Shown here piece by piece: positions 8,673 to 18,187 of a stretch of 64,000 nt of DNA. A model generated the notes under the pieces. That model saw only the letters and a list, made by a program, of their open reading frames with translations. It made no database searches and was not told the DNA's origin. The position numbers and the translations under genes are program-made. The stretch spans positions 1 through 64,000 of IMG/VR virus record IMGVR_UViG_3300050014_001197; one strand, written 5' to 3'. How positions within the stretch are numbered: position 1 is the first letter of the stretch; each line of letters begins with the position of its first letter. This stretch comes from a virus.

Positions 8673-9148
8673 TGGATATAGGTTCCGGAAATAGTTATCC
8701 TTCGAATGCATTGAGTAATTTTGCTCCTCATCCTTTTGAGATTGATGGAATAAAGTGTAATTCAATGGAAGGATTTTTGCAGTCGGTTAAATTTGAATCT
8801 AAAGAGATGCAAGAATATGTCTGTACTCTTGTGGGATATGCTGCTAAGAAAAAAGGGAGAAACAAAAATTGGAAACAATCCCAAACTCTTTACTGGAGAG
8901 AAATTCCAATGAAAAGAGATTCTCAAGAATATCAGGACCTTCTCGATCGCGCATATACAGAACTATATAAAAATACAAAGTTTAAAGCTGCTTTAGAAGC
9001 TTCTGCTAATGCAGTATTAACTCATTCTCTTGGCAAATCTAAAGAATCTGAAACAATTTTAACTATACGTGAATTTTGTTCAAGATTAACAAAACTTCGG
9101 GATTGGGGAACTCTAAAAGAAATCAAAGCTAAAAAATTAATACAATGA
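8672..9148 (+). CDS. NADAR (YbiA-like) domain protein
   Basis: LSNFAPHPFEIDGIKCNSMEGFLQSVKF ... ELYKNTKFKAALEASANAVLTHS fits the NADAR/DUF1768 signature (SNF-PF-idG--Y-S-EH-fQa-KF). Confidence 0.55.
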   Translation: MDIGSGNSYPSNALSNFAPHPFEIDGIKCNSMEGFLQSVKFESKEMQEYVCTLVGYAAKKKGRNKNWKQSQTLYWREIPMKRDSQEYQDLLDRAYTELYKNTKFKAALEASANAVLTHSLGKSKESETILTIREFCSRLTKLRDWGTLKEIKAKKLIQ

Positions 9149-9630
9149 TAGTTAAAAATCAAATAGGTCGGGATCTTAGAAATGCTGCAGGTTCAGGAGA
9201 ATCTCCATTCGCTTCTTTATATAAAGGGAACTTTTCGGTATCAAAAAAGATACTTAAGGCTTCTACAACGAGTGATATAATTGCTCTTAAAGATGTTAAA
9301 TATCGTCTTGAAGGAGGAATTTTCTATGTTCAAGCAACCCAAATATTTCATGAGAATCTTTCTCGATTCGCTACATATTATGAGACATATTGGCGTTGCA
9401 GAAATATTTATATTATCGGAGAAAGACAACTTGAGCTTTTGGAGAATCCTCCAGAAATAAAAGAAGTTATAATCAAGAGATGGTGGCGAAACAATTTAAA
9501 ATTTAAAGCATATGAACATCCAGAAGAAGCTTCATATTGGTTTAAACTCAAAGAAGAACGACCATTTGAAGCTGCTTTAAGTAACTTTAAATTCAGAGAA
9601 GATGGAAATGCTTGGCCTTCTGAATCATAA
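9145..9630 (+). CDS. hypothetical protein
   Basis: 161-aa ORF with ATGA start/stop overlap. Confidence 0.4.
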   Translation: MIVKNQIGRDLRNAAGSGESPFASLYKGNFSVSKKILKASTTSDIIALKDVKYRLEGGIFYVQATQIFHENLSRFATYYETYWRCRNIYIIGERQLELLENPPEIKEVIIKRWWRNNLKFKAYEHPEEASYWFKLKEERPFEAALSNFKFREDGNAWPSES

Positions 9631-9642
9631 AAAATTAATAAC

Positions 9643-10149
9643 ATGAGTCAAATGCATGATGTATTTATGAAGACAGCTTTTCTTATAGCAGAGAAAAGTC
9701 ATTGTGTTTCTTATCACGTCGGAGCTGTTGTAGTCAAGGATAAGAGAATTATATCTATTGGCTATAATGGAACCCCCCCGGGTCTTCTTAATTGTGATGA
9801 AATTTTTGATAAAGAAAAATTTGATAGAGAAGATCATCATAAATGGTCTAAGGATAATGAAATTCACGGAGAAATGAATTGTATAGCTTTTGCTGCAAAA
9901 AATGATGTAAATATTGATGGTGCAGATATTTATGTGACTATTTCTCCTTGTAATGATTGTTTGAAAAATCTTTCTATGACAGGCATCAAAAATATTTATT
10001 ACCTATATCTCTATGATAAAATAGATTTAAATCCAGAACTTCTTCGCATTATAAATGTTCAGGAAGTTCCTGGGGCAGAGGAAATTAAGAAATTTGTTGA
10101 GAAAAATAATCTTCTCTATATTTCCTCTTCACGAAAAATTAACGGATAA
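9643..10149 (+). CDS. dCMP/cytidine deaminase family protein
   Basis: Zinc-binding motifs HGEMNCI (H-A/G-E) and SPCNDC (PCxxC). Confidence 0.75.
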   Translation: MSQMHDVFMKTAFLIAEKSHCVSYHVGAVVVKDKRIISIGYNGTPPGLLNCDEIFDKEKFDREDHHKWSKDNEIHGEMNCIAFAAKNDVNIDGADIYVTISPCNDCLKNLSMTGIKNIYYLYLYDKIDLNPELLRIINVQEVPGAEEIKKFVEKNNLLYISSSRKING

Positions 10150-10175
10150 AGATTTTTTATATAAAATATTATTAG

Positions 10176-10183
10176 TATATTTG
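10176..10183 (+). promoter_or_regulatory. sigma-A type -7 box
   Basis: agtatatttg, 19 nt upstream of ATG 10202. Confidence 0.4.
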
Positions 10184-10201
10184 TATCAAATAAAAAAAAC
10201 T

Positions 10202-10405
10202 ATGGCAAAATTTTATGTTGGTGATAATTTCAGAATAAATCCACTTTCATTTATAAATGGGGGAAAAGATGTTGAAATCTTTTTTAAAAATAAACAATCT
10301 AGAATTTATACAAGGGTAAAATGTCCTTATAAATTCTGGTTGGAAACAAAAGAAACAAATCCGGATGTTAAGAATTATAAAGTATTAGGTAATTCTAAAG
10401 ATTAA
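10202..10405 (+). CDS. hypothetical small protein
   Basis: Track ORF 10055..10405 trimmed to the first ATG after the promoter (MAKFYVGDNF...). Confidence 0.3.
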   Translation: MAKFYVGDNFRINPLSFINGGKDVEIFFKNKQSRIYTRVKCPYKFWLETKETNPDVKNYKVLGNSKD

Positions 10406-10409
10406 TTCC

Positions 10410-11273
10410 ATGTCTGATTTACCTAATGGAACCCAATTAAAACCTGTTCATGCAAATGTTTGGAGCTCTCATGATGCTATTTTCAAAAGTTCGAGAAAAG
10501 ATCATGCAGAAGTACAAATTATTCTTTGTGGAAGATCAGAGGATTGTGAATTATTTGCTAAAGACCAATGTTCATATAGAGCATCTTTTGGCTGGCATGC
10601 TTGTCCTTATGGGCACTTCAGAAAATATGAAGGACCTACTCCAAGAGCAAGAGCTTACTCAAAGTGGATAGAAGAGCAAAAAAAGAAATATGAAGGAGTT
10701 CCCTATCTTAAGGATCATACCGATATGATTGCATTCATAGGGGATTATGTATTTCTTCCCTATACTCACATGGATATGGCGGATGTAGGATGGATTCAAA
10801 AGAATGGTGGATTTCTTGGTAAAGGATGCGCCTTTCTTAAAAAAGAACTTTTTACTGTTGAAAATATTGAATATCTAATTCATTTTCGCCCTCAATCTTG
10901 GGGGGGTGGAGAAATAGTTTCTTATCAAAAAGAAGAAGTTCCGAAATTTGTAAAACACCTTCAGGAAAAATGCCCGGACTTATTCAAAGAATTACTAGAA
11001 TATGACCCGACTATTCAAAAAATAGTTGATGCTTATTCATATATTGGCAGAAAAGCAATTTTACAAACACTTACCCCTAATATTGGAAAATTTGTAGATA
11101 TTCATAAAGGGGAATGGATATGGGATGGGATTTATCTTACATCTTTAAATAGCCATGCATCTTTTATGCTTGTAGATAAATTTGAAGAAATAAAAGTAAA
11201 GCCAAAAGAACAATCTCCGGTTGTAATTTCAGATGATAATCAGGTTAATGAAAAAACAAAATTTTTATCATGA
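10410..11273 (+). CDS. hypothetical protein
   Basis: 287-aa ORF, Cys/His-rich N-terminus. Confidence 0.45.
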   Translation: MSDLPNGTQLKPVHANVWSSHDAIFKSSRKDHAEVQIILCGRSEDCELFAKDQCSYRASFGWHACPYGHFRKYEGPTPRARAYSKWIEEQKKKYEGVPYLKDHTDMIAFIGDYVFLPYTHMDMADVGWIQKNGGFLGKGCAFLKKELFTVENIEYLIHFRPQSWGGGEIVSYQKEEVPKFVKHLQEKCPDLFKELLEYDPTIQKIVDAYSYIGRKAILQTLTPNIGKFVDIHKGEWIWDGIYLTSLNSHASFMLVDKFEEIKVKPKEQSPVVISDDNQVNEKTKFLS

Positions 11274-11581
11274 ACTATAAAGAATTTCAAGAGAAACAAG
11301 TAAAAAAAGTAAATTCTCCATTGGAGAATAAAAAATCTATAAAAGAGAAAAAGCTATTTAATTGGAAATTCTTTTCTAAATTAAGTGGGATTATGGGCAT
11401 CATAGCAGTTATTTCTATGGTAATATTTTTTAAAAATCTTCCTATAATTCCTGGGATTCTTTGTCTCATAACGGCTATTTTATATTATATCCAATGGAAA
11501 AATGGAAAAGAAAAATTAGGGCTTCCTATAATATGGACTATTAACTCAATTCTTTGGTTTACTCAATTCTTTGGTTTTTAA
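11270..11581 (+). CDS. small membrane protein
   Basis: 103 aa, two hydrophobic helices. Confidence 0.4.
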   Translation: MNYKEFQEKQVKKVNSPLENKKSIKEKKLFNWKFFSKLSGIMGIIAVISMVIFFKNLPIIPGILCLITAILYYIQWKNGKEKLGLPIIWTINSILWFTQFFGF

Positions 11582-11603
11582 ACCAACTTATAAAATTAAG
11601 ATA

Positions 11604-12506
11604 ATGGATTACAGAAAAGCAATTTTAAATATTCGAGAACAATTAGCAATTTATATCACAGAAAATAAACTTGGATCTCTTGTTATTGGTATATCAGGTG
11701 GAATGGACAGCTGTTTATGTGCAGCTTTAGCAAAACCAGTTTGCGATGAATTAAATATTCCATTAATAGGGAGAAGTTTACCTATGGAATCAAATAAACC
11801 AGATGAAATTGAAAGAGCAAAACTTACAGGAAAAGTATTTTGTAATGTTTTTGATGAAGTAAATCTTTCAAAATTTTATAATCCTCTTCAAGATTGGTTG
11901 ATCGGTCAAATTAGCCCTTTAGCTTCACCCGAACTTATAAAATCTTATAAAATTCATAACGGAAATATAAAAGCCCGTTTACGCATGATGTATCTTTATA
12001 ATCTTGCTTCCGAACAAAAGGGCATGATTCTTTCTACAGATAATTATACAGAATATCTACTTGGATTTTGGACCCTCCATGGTGATGTTGGAGATTATGG
12101 AATGATACAAAATCTTTGGAAAACAGAAGTCTATGACATGGCTGAATGGTTAGGGGATAATGAATATTTACATAAGCCAGCAGAAGCTTATAAAACCATA
12201 AGAATGACAATTGATGCACTTGCAACAGATGGTCTTGGAGTTTCAAGTCTTGGGGATCTTGGACAAATACTTCCTGATTGGAAAGGAAATTCTAGGGATG
12301 GTTATAGAGAGGTTGATCAAATATTGGAAGATTATTTATCATATATTAAAATATGTAGATCAACTTCTAAAGATATGGAAAAGTTGAATATTATGGAAAG
12401 TCATCCAGTAATTCGGAGACATCTAGGAACAGAATTCAAAAGAATAATTCCAGTTAATATTCCAAGAACAGTTATTTTCTATGGTCCTTCCGCTGGAATA
12501 AAATAA
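11604..12506 (+). CDS. nadE: NH3-dependent NAD+ synthetase
   Basis: PP-loop SGGMDS (VIGISGGMDSCL) plus RLRMMYLYNLA ... STDNYTEYLLGFWTLHGD typical of NadE. Start placed at MDYRK. Confidence 0.75.
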   Translation: MDYRKAILNIREQLAIYITENKLGSLVIGISGGMDSCLCAALAKPVCDELNIPLIGRSLPMESNKPDEIERAKLTGKVFCNVFDEVNLSKFYNPLQDWLIGQISPLASPELIKSYKIHNGNIKARLRMMYLYNLASEQKGMILSTDNYTEYLLGFWTLHGDVGDYGMIQNLWKTEVYDMAEWLGDNEYLHKPAEAYKTIRMTIDALATDGLGVSSLGDLGQILPDWKGNSRDGYREVDQILEDYLSYIKICRSTSKDMEKLNIMESHPVIRRHLGTEFKRIIPVNIPRTVIFYGPSAGIK

Positions 12507-12525
12507 TTTTTAAAACTAAAACAAA

Positions 12526-12852
12526 ATGAATAATTTTCTAAATGAATTTTCTGGAGAGCCAGAGCCACCCTATAACGGTCCTTATAAAGCAAGAGAAATT
12601 TTTAAATTAACACGGAATGCTCTTCTTGATTCGCTCTCCTCTGTTTTTTATCAAATAAGAAAAGCAGCAAAAGAGGGGCTTGATTATGTAGATATTAAAG
12701 AGGATTTAAGCGATGATCAAAGATGGATTCTCGAAAAATATGAATATGATGTTATTCAATATAATGAGAAAGACGAAGAGTATGATCAGGGATTTCGTTG
12801 GCATCTGGAATGGTTTATTGAATTTTATGACCATGATGAGGAGGAAGAATAA
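12526..12852 (+). CDS. hypothetical acidic protein
   Basis: 108-aa ORF. Confidence 0.4.
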   Translation: MNNFLNEFSGEPEPPYNGPYKAREIFKLTRNALLDSLSSVFYQIRKAAKEGLDYVDIKEDLSDDQRWILEKYEYDVIQYNEKDEEYDQGFRWHLEWFIEFYDHDEEEE

Positions 12853-13082
12853 TGACTAAGAAAGTATTATATAATGGAAAGAAATATAAAGTATCTTTTC
12901 AAGCTTATGGTTTTGAAGATAGCAGATTTTGTATAAATGGGGAGCCAACATCTTTTTATATGTCTGATGAAAAGATTATCAATTTGGATGTGTTTAAAAT
13001 GTATGCTGAAAGGGCTATTAAAGAATATGTAGCTAAAAAAACAGCTGAGAAAGTTTTTAAAGAATGGAATGGAAAAATTTAA
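12852..13082 (+). CDS. hypothetical protein
   Basis: 76-aa ORF. Confidence 0.35.
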   Translation: MTKKVLYNGKKYKVSFQAYGFEDSRFCINGEPTSFYMSDEKIINLDVFKMYAERAIKEYVAKKTAEKVFKEWNGKI

Positions 13083-13704
13083 AATGGAAAATATGAAAGC
13101 ACTTATAGTTGTTGATATGCAAAACGATTTTATGCCAGGAGGATCATTGCCTGTTCCAGAAGGGGATAAAATAGTGCCGATCATCAACGATTTATTATCA
13201 AAATTTGATCTGGTAATTTTTACTAAAGATTGGCATCCGGCGAGGCATAATGGATTTGCATCTGTGTATAAAGATAAAAAACCATTTGATATAATTGACA
13301 GGGGTTATTATTGGTCAGGGTCACCACACATTGATACACTTTGGCCAGATCATTGTGTACAAAATACACCCGGAGCAGATATTCATAAAGATATAAAATT
13401 TGAAAATTGCAAAGGAGAATTTTATATTTTCAAGAAGGGGGAAGATGCTGGGAATGATGGTTACAGTGCATTTGAAACCAAAGAGCTAGCTCCATTTTTG
13501 GATGGAAAAGGAGCAACAGAACTTTTTATATGTGGCGTAGCTCTAGATTATTGTGTTAAGAATACTGCTCTTGATGCTGCAATAGAAGGATTTGATGTTG
13601 TTGTTATTGAGGATGCTTGTAAATCTATAGATCCAAATATTAATTCCGTACTAGAGGATTTCAAGAAAGCCGAAATAGATTTTATTAAAATTGAGAATTT
13701 ATAA
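13069..13704 (+). CDS. pncA: nicotinamidase / isochorismatase-family hydrolase
   Basis: ALIVVDMQNDFMPGGSLPV ... TKDWHPARH ... CGVALDYCV, typical of PncA. Confidence 0.7.
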   Translation: MEKFKMENMKALIVVDMQNDFMPGGSLPVPEGDKIVPIINDLLSKFDLVIFTKDWHPARHNGFASVYKDKKPFDIIDRGYYWSGSPHIDTLWPDHCVQNTPGADIHKDIKFENCKGEFYIFKKGEDAGNDGYSAFETKELAPFLDGKGATELFICGVALDYCVKNTALDAAIEGFDVVVIEDACKSIDPNINSVLEDFKKAEIDFIKIENL

Positions 13705-13858
13705 AATATGAGAACTCTTGAATATACGATAGCAACAATGCTTATGTCTATTCTCCTTTATTTTATAAATAAAATAATTGGAATAGGAGCAATGGAAGCT
13801 GTTGGGTTTGCTTCTATAATTATTACTTTAGGATTTATCGAACGAAAACTTAGAAAAA

Positions 13859-14275
13859 ATGAACCAAAAAACTAAAAGTATTTTTGAATTTCGAAAGGGA
13901 GATATAATAACTCGTCTCAAACCAATGTCTGATGATGAAGATGGATATAAGGATTTTTCTCTTGTAGGTGCCAGATTAACATTTATTGGTATTGCAAATG
14001 CTTGTGTATACCTATCTAAGAAATCTGATCCTCTTTTTAAACTTTTTCTTAGTCAGGATAATCTTCAGATAAAACTTCCTCTTGAATTATGTGAACAAGG
14101 ATGGTCAAATTATATTGAACCAGATTTTGGAGATGGGTCTTCTATAGAGGATTTAACTGATGAACAAGCTATATCAGCAGAAATTCAAAAAGCTGTTGAA
14201 GAAGAAGATTATTTTCGAGCTGAAGCTCTGAAGAAAAAACTTGAAGAATTATCAAAAAACAAGGATAAAAAATAA
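13859..14275 (+). CDS. hypothetical protein (UVR-like C-terminal motif)
   Basis: 138 aa. C-terminal EEEDYFRAEALKKKLEEL resembles a UVR motif. Confidence 0.35.
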   Translation: MNQKTKSIFEFRKGDIITRLKPMSDDEDGYKDFSLVGARLTFIGIANACVYLSKKSDPLFKLFLSQDNLQIKLPLELCEQGWSNYIEPDFGDGSSIEDLTDEQAISAEIQKAVEEEDYFRAEALKKKLEELSKNKDKK

Positions 14276-14287
14276 GTTATTAAAAAT

Positions 14288-14321
14288 TCCCTTAGATTAT
14301 TTTTTTATCTAAGGGATTTTT
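14288..14321 (+). terminator. rho-independent terminator
   Basis: tcccttagat-tattttttt-atctaaggga + TTTTT. Confidence 0.7.
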
Positions 14322-14323
14322 CG

Positions 14324-14331
14324 TATATTTA
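14324..14331 (+). promoter_or_regulatory. sigma-A type -7 box variant (TAnnTTTA)
   Basis: cgtatattta before ATG 14336. Confidence 0.35.
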
Positions 14332-14335
14332 CCCT

Positions 14336-14953
14336 ATGGAACACTTTTCAAAGGATTTGGTAAAGCATACGGAGAGACTTAAAAACATTATGTCTAAAAT
14401 CCCTATGAAAGGGGTTTCTATCCTTACCGGGAGCAATGGTTCTGGAAAATCTCTTATCAGATCTCAATTTATATTTTATTTGGCAAAAAGAAAAAAGAAG
14501 GATCCTAAAAAAATGAGTGGGGTTCTTGGTTCTGTTTCTATGCAATTAAGAACCTCATCCAATGCCTCATGGGGAGCTTTATCCGGAGCAATGAGAGATA
14601 CTGAATGGCTTCCTACTTCATTAAATACATTTGATTTAATAAAAGGACTTCTCAGCAAAGATTTTCAATATATTATTATCGATGAACCCGAGATAGGAAT
14701 GGGAGAAGAACTCATCATGAGCTTAGCAGATTATCTTAACAGGGAATTTGAAAAATATCCCAACCGGGGATTTCTCGTAATAACTCACAATCGATATTTA
14801 GTTGAAAATCTTAATTACAAGAAATTTTTTAATTGTGATGGAATTAAGACCAAAGAGGAATGGTTAAATCGTCCAATGAAAAAAGCTAATTTAAAAGTTC
14901 TTGAAAATAATGCTTTATTTTTTTACATAAGAGATAAGGATAAAAATGAATAA
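14336..14953 (+). CDS. P-loop ATPase (ABC/AAA_21-like fold)
   Basis: Walker A GSNGSGKS, Walker B IIIDEPE, H-loop ITHN. Confidence 0.5.
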   Translation: MEHFSKDLVKHTERLKNIMSKIPMKGVSILTGSNGSGKSLIRSQFIFYLAKRKKKDPKKMSGVLGSVSMQLRTSSNASWGALSGAMRDTEWLPTSLNTFDLIKGLLSKDFQYIIIDEPEIGMGEELIMSLADYLNREFEKYPNRGFLVITHNRYLVENLNYKKFFNCDGIKTKEEWLNRPMKKANLKVLENNALFFYIRDKDKNE

Positions 14954-15161
14954 AATCATATTATTTCGAAATTGGTTTAATAAGAAATTATGTCGGTGGT
15001 TTGGACATAAATGGGAAAAACCTAATCAAGCTTCAGATGGTTTTCAAATTTGGTATGAACAATGTTGCATAAGAAAAGGATGTCCAGTATTTCGCCAGGG
15101 ACAACTCGATAATATGATTACTATTAATCCAGAAGATTATTTTAAAGAAATAATAAAATGA
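14946..15161 (+). CDS. hypothetical protein
   Basis: 71-aa ORF. Confidence 0.3.
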   Translation: MNKIILFRNWFNKKLCRWFGHKWEKPNQASDGFQIWYEQCCIRKGCPVFRQGQLDNMITINPEDYFKEIIK

Positions 15162-15733
15162 TAAGCGCAAATATAACAACCTATATTGGTCAAGATGGGG
15201 ACGCAGAACACTATTATTGTTCTTATCGTATTGTGGAAGATGAATTCCCAAAAACAAACTCCGGGGGATCTTATGGTAGAGAGGATTTAGAACATCCATT
15301 ATCTTATGCTCAGGCTGCTGCTATATCTCGTAAGGACAAATATCCATGGGGGGAGGGAACAATGTCTAATAGATTTGACACCATTGAAGAAATTCATGAA
15401 TATCTTAAACAAAAATTTCCAAATGAAATTATAGCCACTTATTATGAAGGACAGATTTTCAAAGAAATGCTTTATTTTAAGAATAGTAAAAATCTTGGAT
15501 ATCAAGCATTTGGAGAAGTTTGGAGTTGCGTTCCCCGTTCAGTTTACAAACGTTGTCTCCCTGATAATTTTAAAATAAAATGCTGCGAATGTGGTCATAA
15601 ATATAAATTGGAAGAAGTTACTTCAGAAAGACCATGGGGGGTAGAAACTTTAATAACATTCTTGCCTGTTAGAGAACTTGATGATGAGCCTTGCTGCAAA
15701 TATTTTGATCTAGAATGGAATGTAATTTTATAG
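15158..15733 (+). CDS. hypothetical Cys-rich protein
   Basis: 191-aa ORF. Confidence 0.4.
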   Translation: MISANITTYIGQDGDAEHYYCSYRIVEDEFPKTNSGGSYGREDLEHPLSYAQAAAISRKDKYPWGEGTMSNRFDTIEEIHEYLKQKFPNEIIATYYEGQIFKEMLYFKNSKNLGYQAFGEVWSCVPRSVYKRCLPDNFKIKCCECGHKYKLEEVTSERPWGVETLITFLPVRELDDEPCCKYFDLEWNVIL

Positions 15734-15739
15734 TATAAT

Positions 15740-16663
15740 ATGAATATACAAACTATATCAATCGTAGTCCCTACAAAAGGATGTGTTAATAAATGCCCAT
15801 TCTGTGTATCACGTATGCACGAGAATAATTATGAAAATTCTTTTGATGAATTTCAGATTACAAAAAGACTTAAGTGGGCTGTAATGAATGGCATTAATAC
15901 CTGCATTATAACGGGAACTGGAGAAGCTCTTCAAAATTATCATTTTTTAGGAAGGGTAGCAGATATTTTTGTTAAGATGAATCATCCTTTTCCGAATGTT
16001 GAATTTCAGACAACCGGAGTTATGTTATATGATTTTGATGAAAATTGTACAGGTAAAGATGGAAAAATTGTTCCGCATTATTATAATATTGCAATGCTTA
16101 GGGAACTCGGGGTTAACACTATTTCTCTTTCGGTTTCTGATATTTTTGAGGATATTAATAATCTTCAAATTATTGGGGTTAGCAAAAAACTTGAATTCTA
16201 TTTAAATGAATTAATTCTTTTTTTAAAGAATAAAGGATTTAATATTCGCCTGAGTCTTAATATGCTTAACAAATATGATAACTTTCTTCCGTCAGAAATT
16301 ATTGCAAGATGTAAATTTCTTGGTGCAGATCAAATTACTTTCAGAAAAATGTATTCTGCTGATGAGTCAGAACAATCCAAATGGGTAAAAGAAAACAAAT
16401 GCTCAGATAAGAAATTAGAACATATTAAAACTTATATCCAGGGAAAAGTTTTTGAAGATAGGGAAGGGAGAATTCCAGGATTTGGAACTTTTCTTTATAA
16501 ACTTCCTTTTGGCGCATCTGTTTATTCTATTGATGGAATGAGTACAGTTATTGATGATGATTGCATGTCAAAAGAAAATAATGAATCCCTTAAATATTGT
16601 ATTCTTCGTGAAAATGGAAAACTCTATGCTCAATGGGATAACGAAGGATCTTTAATATTTTAA
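15740..16663 (+). CDS. radical SAM domain protein
   Basis: CVNKCPFC (CxxxCxxC) at the N-terminus after IVVPTKG. Confidence 0.55.
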   Translation: MNIQTISIVVPTKGCVNKCPFCVSRMHENNYENSFDEFQITKRLKWAVMNGINTCIITGTGEALQNYHFLGRVADIFVKMNHPFPNVEFQTTGVMLYDFDENCTGKDGKIVPHYYNIAMLRELGVNTISLSVSDIFEDINNLQIIGVSKKLEFYLNELILFLKNKGFNIRLSLNMLNKYDNFLPSEIIARCKFLGADQITFRKMYSADESEQSKWVKENKCSDKKLEHIKTYIQGKVFEDREGRIPGFGTFLYKLPFGASVYSIDGMSTVIDDDCMSKENNESLKYCILRENGKLYAQWDNEGSLIF

Positions 16664-16673
16664 ATTATATAAA

Positions 16674-16829
16674 ATGAATCATCAAATTAAAATTGGAATT
16701 ATTCTTATGATTACATCAATAATACTATTTTTGATCACATGCATTATTTGGTCCCCACCTGCTCGAAAATTTCGAAAATTTATTGATACAAAAATTAAAC
16801 ATTTAAAAACAATAATATGGAAGACTTAA
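16674..16829 (+). CDS. small membrane protein (51 aa)
   Basis: ATG 16674, one TM helix. Below the size cutoff of the ORF track. Confidence 0.25.
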   Translation: MNHQIKIGIILMITSIILFLITCIIWSPPARKFRKFIDTKIKHLKTIIWKT

Positions 16830-17096
16830 TTAAAGCATTACAAATTTTCCTGAAATATGGAAATCCGAATTATCCTACAAATTGTTCACATGATGAATTG
16901 TTCGTAATTGGTAAGTGAAGAAGATAAGAAAACATTGGATGAACTCGGATTTTTTCCAAACGATGAATTCAATGGATTTTCATCATATAAATTTGGTTCT
17001 TGTTAATAATAAAATTATGACAACATCAGCAAATTCAATAGAACATAGCATCCGCAAAGGGAAAAAAAATGTAGGTAATTTCCGGAAGAACATAAT

Positions 17097-17396
17097 GTGT
17101 CGATTACCGGATTAGAGCTCCTTAAATATCAACCTTTGAATGAGCATACTATTCAAGCTTGGGGATATGACGAGGAGGAAGAAGAATGGGAGGACGAACC
17201 TGAAAATCTTGAAGAATTCCTAAAACCGATGGTAGTATCTAATAAAAAGATCCGGGAATATTTTAATGGTACAAAAACCGTTGAGCAAATCATGCAGGAA
17301 TTTGAGGAAGAAAGAAAAGAAGATGTAAGGAAAATGCATGAGCATTTCGCTGAACAAAGAATAAAATTAATGAAAGAATTAAAAAATAAGAAATGA
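17097..17396 (+). CDS. hypothetical acidic protein
   Basis: 99-aa ORF. Confidence 0.35.
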   Translation: MSITGLELLKYQPLNEHTIQAWGYDEEEEEWEDEPENLEEFLKPMVVSNKKIREYFNGTKTVEQIMQEFEEERKEDVRKMHEHFAEQRIKLMKELKNKK

Positions 17397-17427
17397 TTTT
17401 TTGTACAGATCATTGTCAAAGCGTAAA

Positions 17428-17440
17428 TATATAAGATAAA
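17428..17440 (+). promoter_or_regulatory. late-like promoter box (tatataagataaa)
   Basis: Same motif family as 33232 and 38493, a few nt upstream of the GIY-YIG ATG. Confidence 0.3.
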
Positions 17441-17445
17441 ACGCT

Positions 17446-18183
17446 ATGATAATTTATAAAACGACAAATTTAATCAATGGAAAGATTTATGTCGGGAAAC
17501 AAGTTAATATTCGGAAAAAAGATGTATATCTTGGTTCAGGAAAAATTCTAAAAAGTGCTATTGAAAAATATGGAAGAGAAAATTTTAAAAAAGAAATTTT
17601 GCAAGAATGTTTAACAAAAGAAGATTTAAATCATCAAGAAATTTTTTGGATTAAAGAATTAAATTCATTACAACCAATTGGATATAATATTGTATTTGGT
17701 GGGGAAGGCGGGGATACATTTACAAATAATCCCAATCAAGAGGAATACAGAAAACAAAAAAGTGAATGGAGTCAAAAAATGTGGAAAGATGATGAATATC
17801 GAAAACACATGTCAGATATAAGAACTGGGCAAAAAATGTCAGATCAAGCAAGAAGAAATATGAGTAATGCTTCAATAGATAAACCTAAAACAGAAGAACA
17901 CAAAGAATCCTTATCTAAAGCTTGGGAAAAAAGAAAGATAGAAAAACCACATACACAAGAAACCCGAGATTTAATGAGTAATTCTATGATAGGTAAAAAC
18001 GTTGGGAAATATATTAAAATTTATGAGTTTAAAGGACCCGATGGAAAAATTTATCGAACAGATGAAGGATTAGTTAAATTTGCAAAATCTATCCATAAAC
18101 ATCCTCTCTCGTTTCGAAATTTAATACAAGGAAAAATTAAAGAATACAAAGGTTGGACATATATACAAACTATAAAAGAATAA
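17446..18183 (+). CDS. GIY-YIG homing endonuclease
   Basis: IYKTTNLINGKIYVGKQ ... YLGSGKILKSAIEKYGRENFKKEIL (GIY..YIG..R..E..N core). Long basic C-terminus. Confidence 0.8.
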   Translation: MIIYKTTNLINGKIYVGKQVNIRKKDVYLGSGKILKSAIEKYGRENFKKEILQECLTKEDLNHQEIFWIKELNSLQPIGYNIVFGGEGGDTFTNNPNQEEYRKQKSEWSQKMWKDDEYRKHMSDIRTGQKMSDQARRNMSNASIDKPKTEEHKESLSKAWEKRKIEKPHTQETRDLMSNSMIGKNVGKYIKIYEFKGPDGKIYRTDEGLVKFAKSIHKHPLSFRNLIQGKIKEYKGWTYIQTIKE

Positions 18184-18187
18184 AAAG

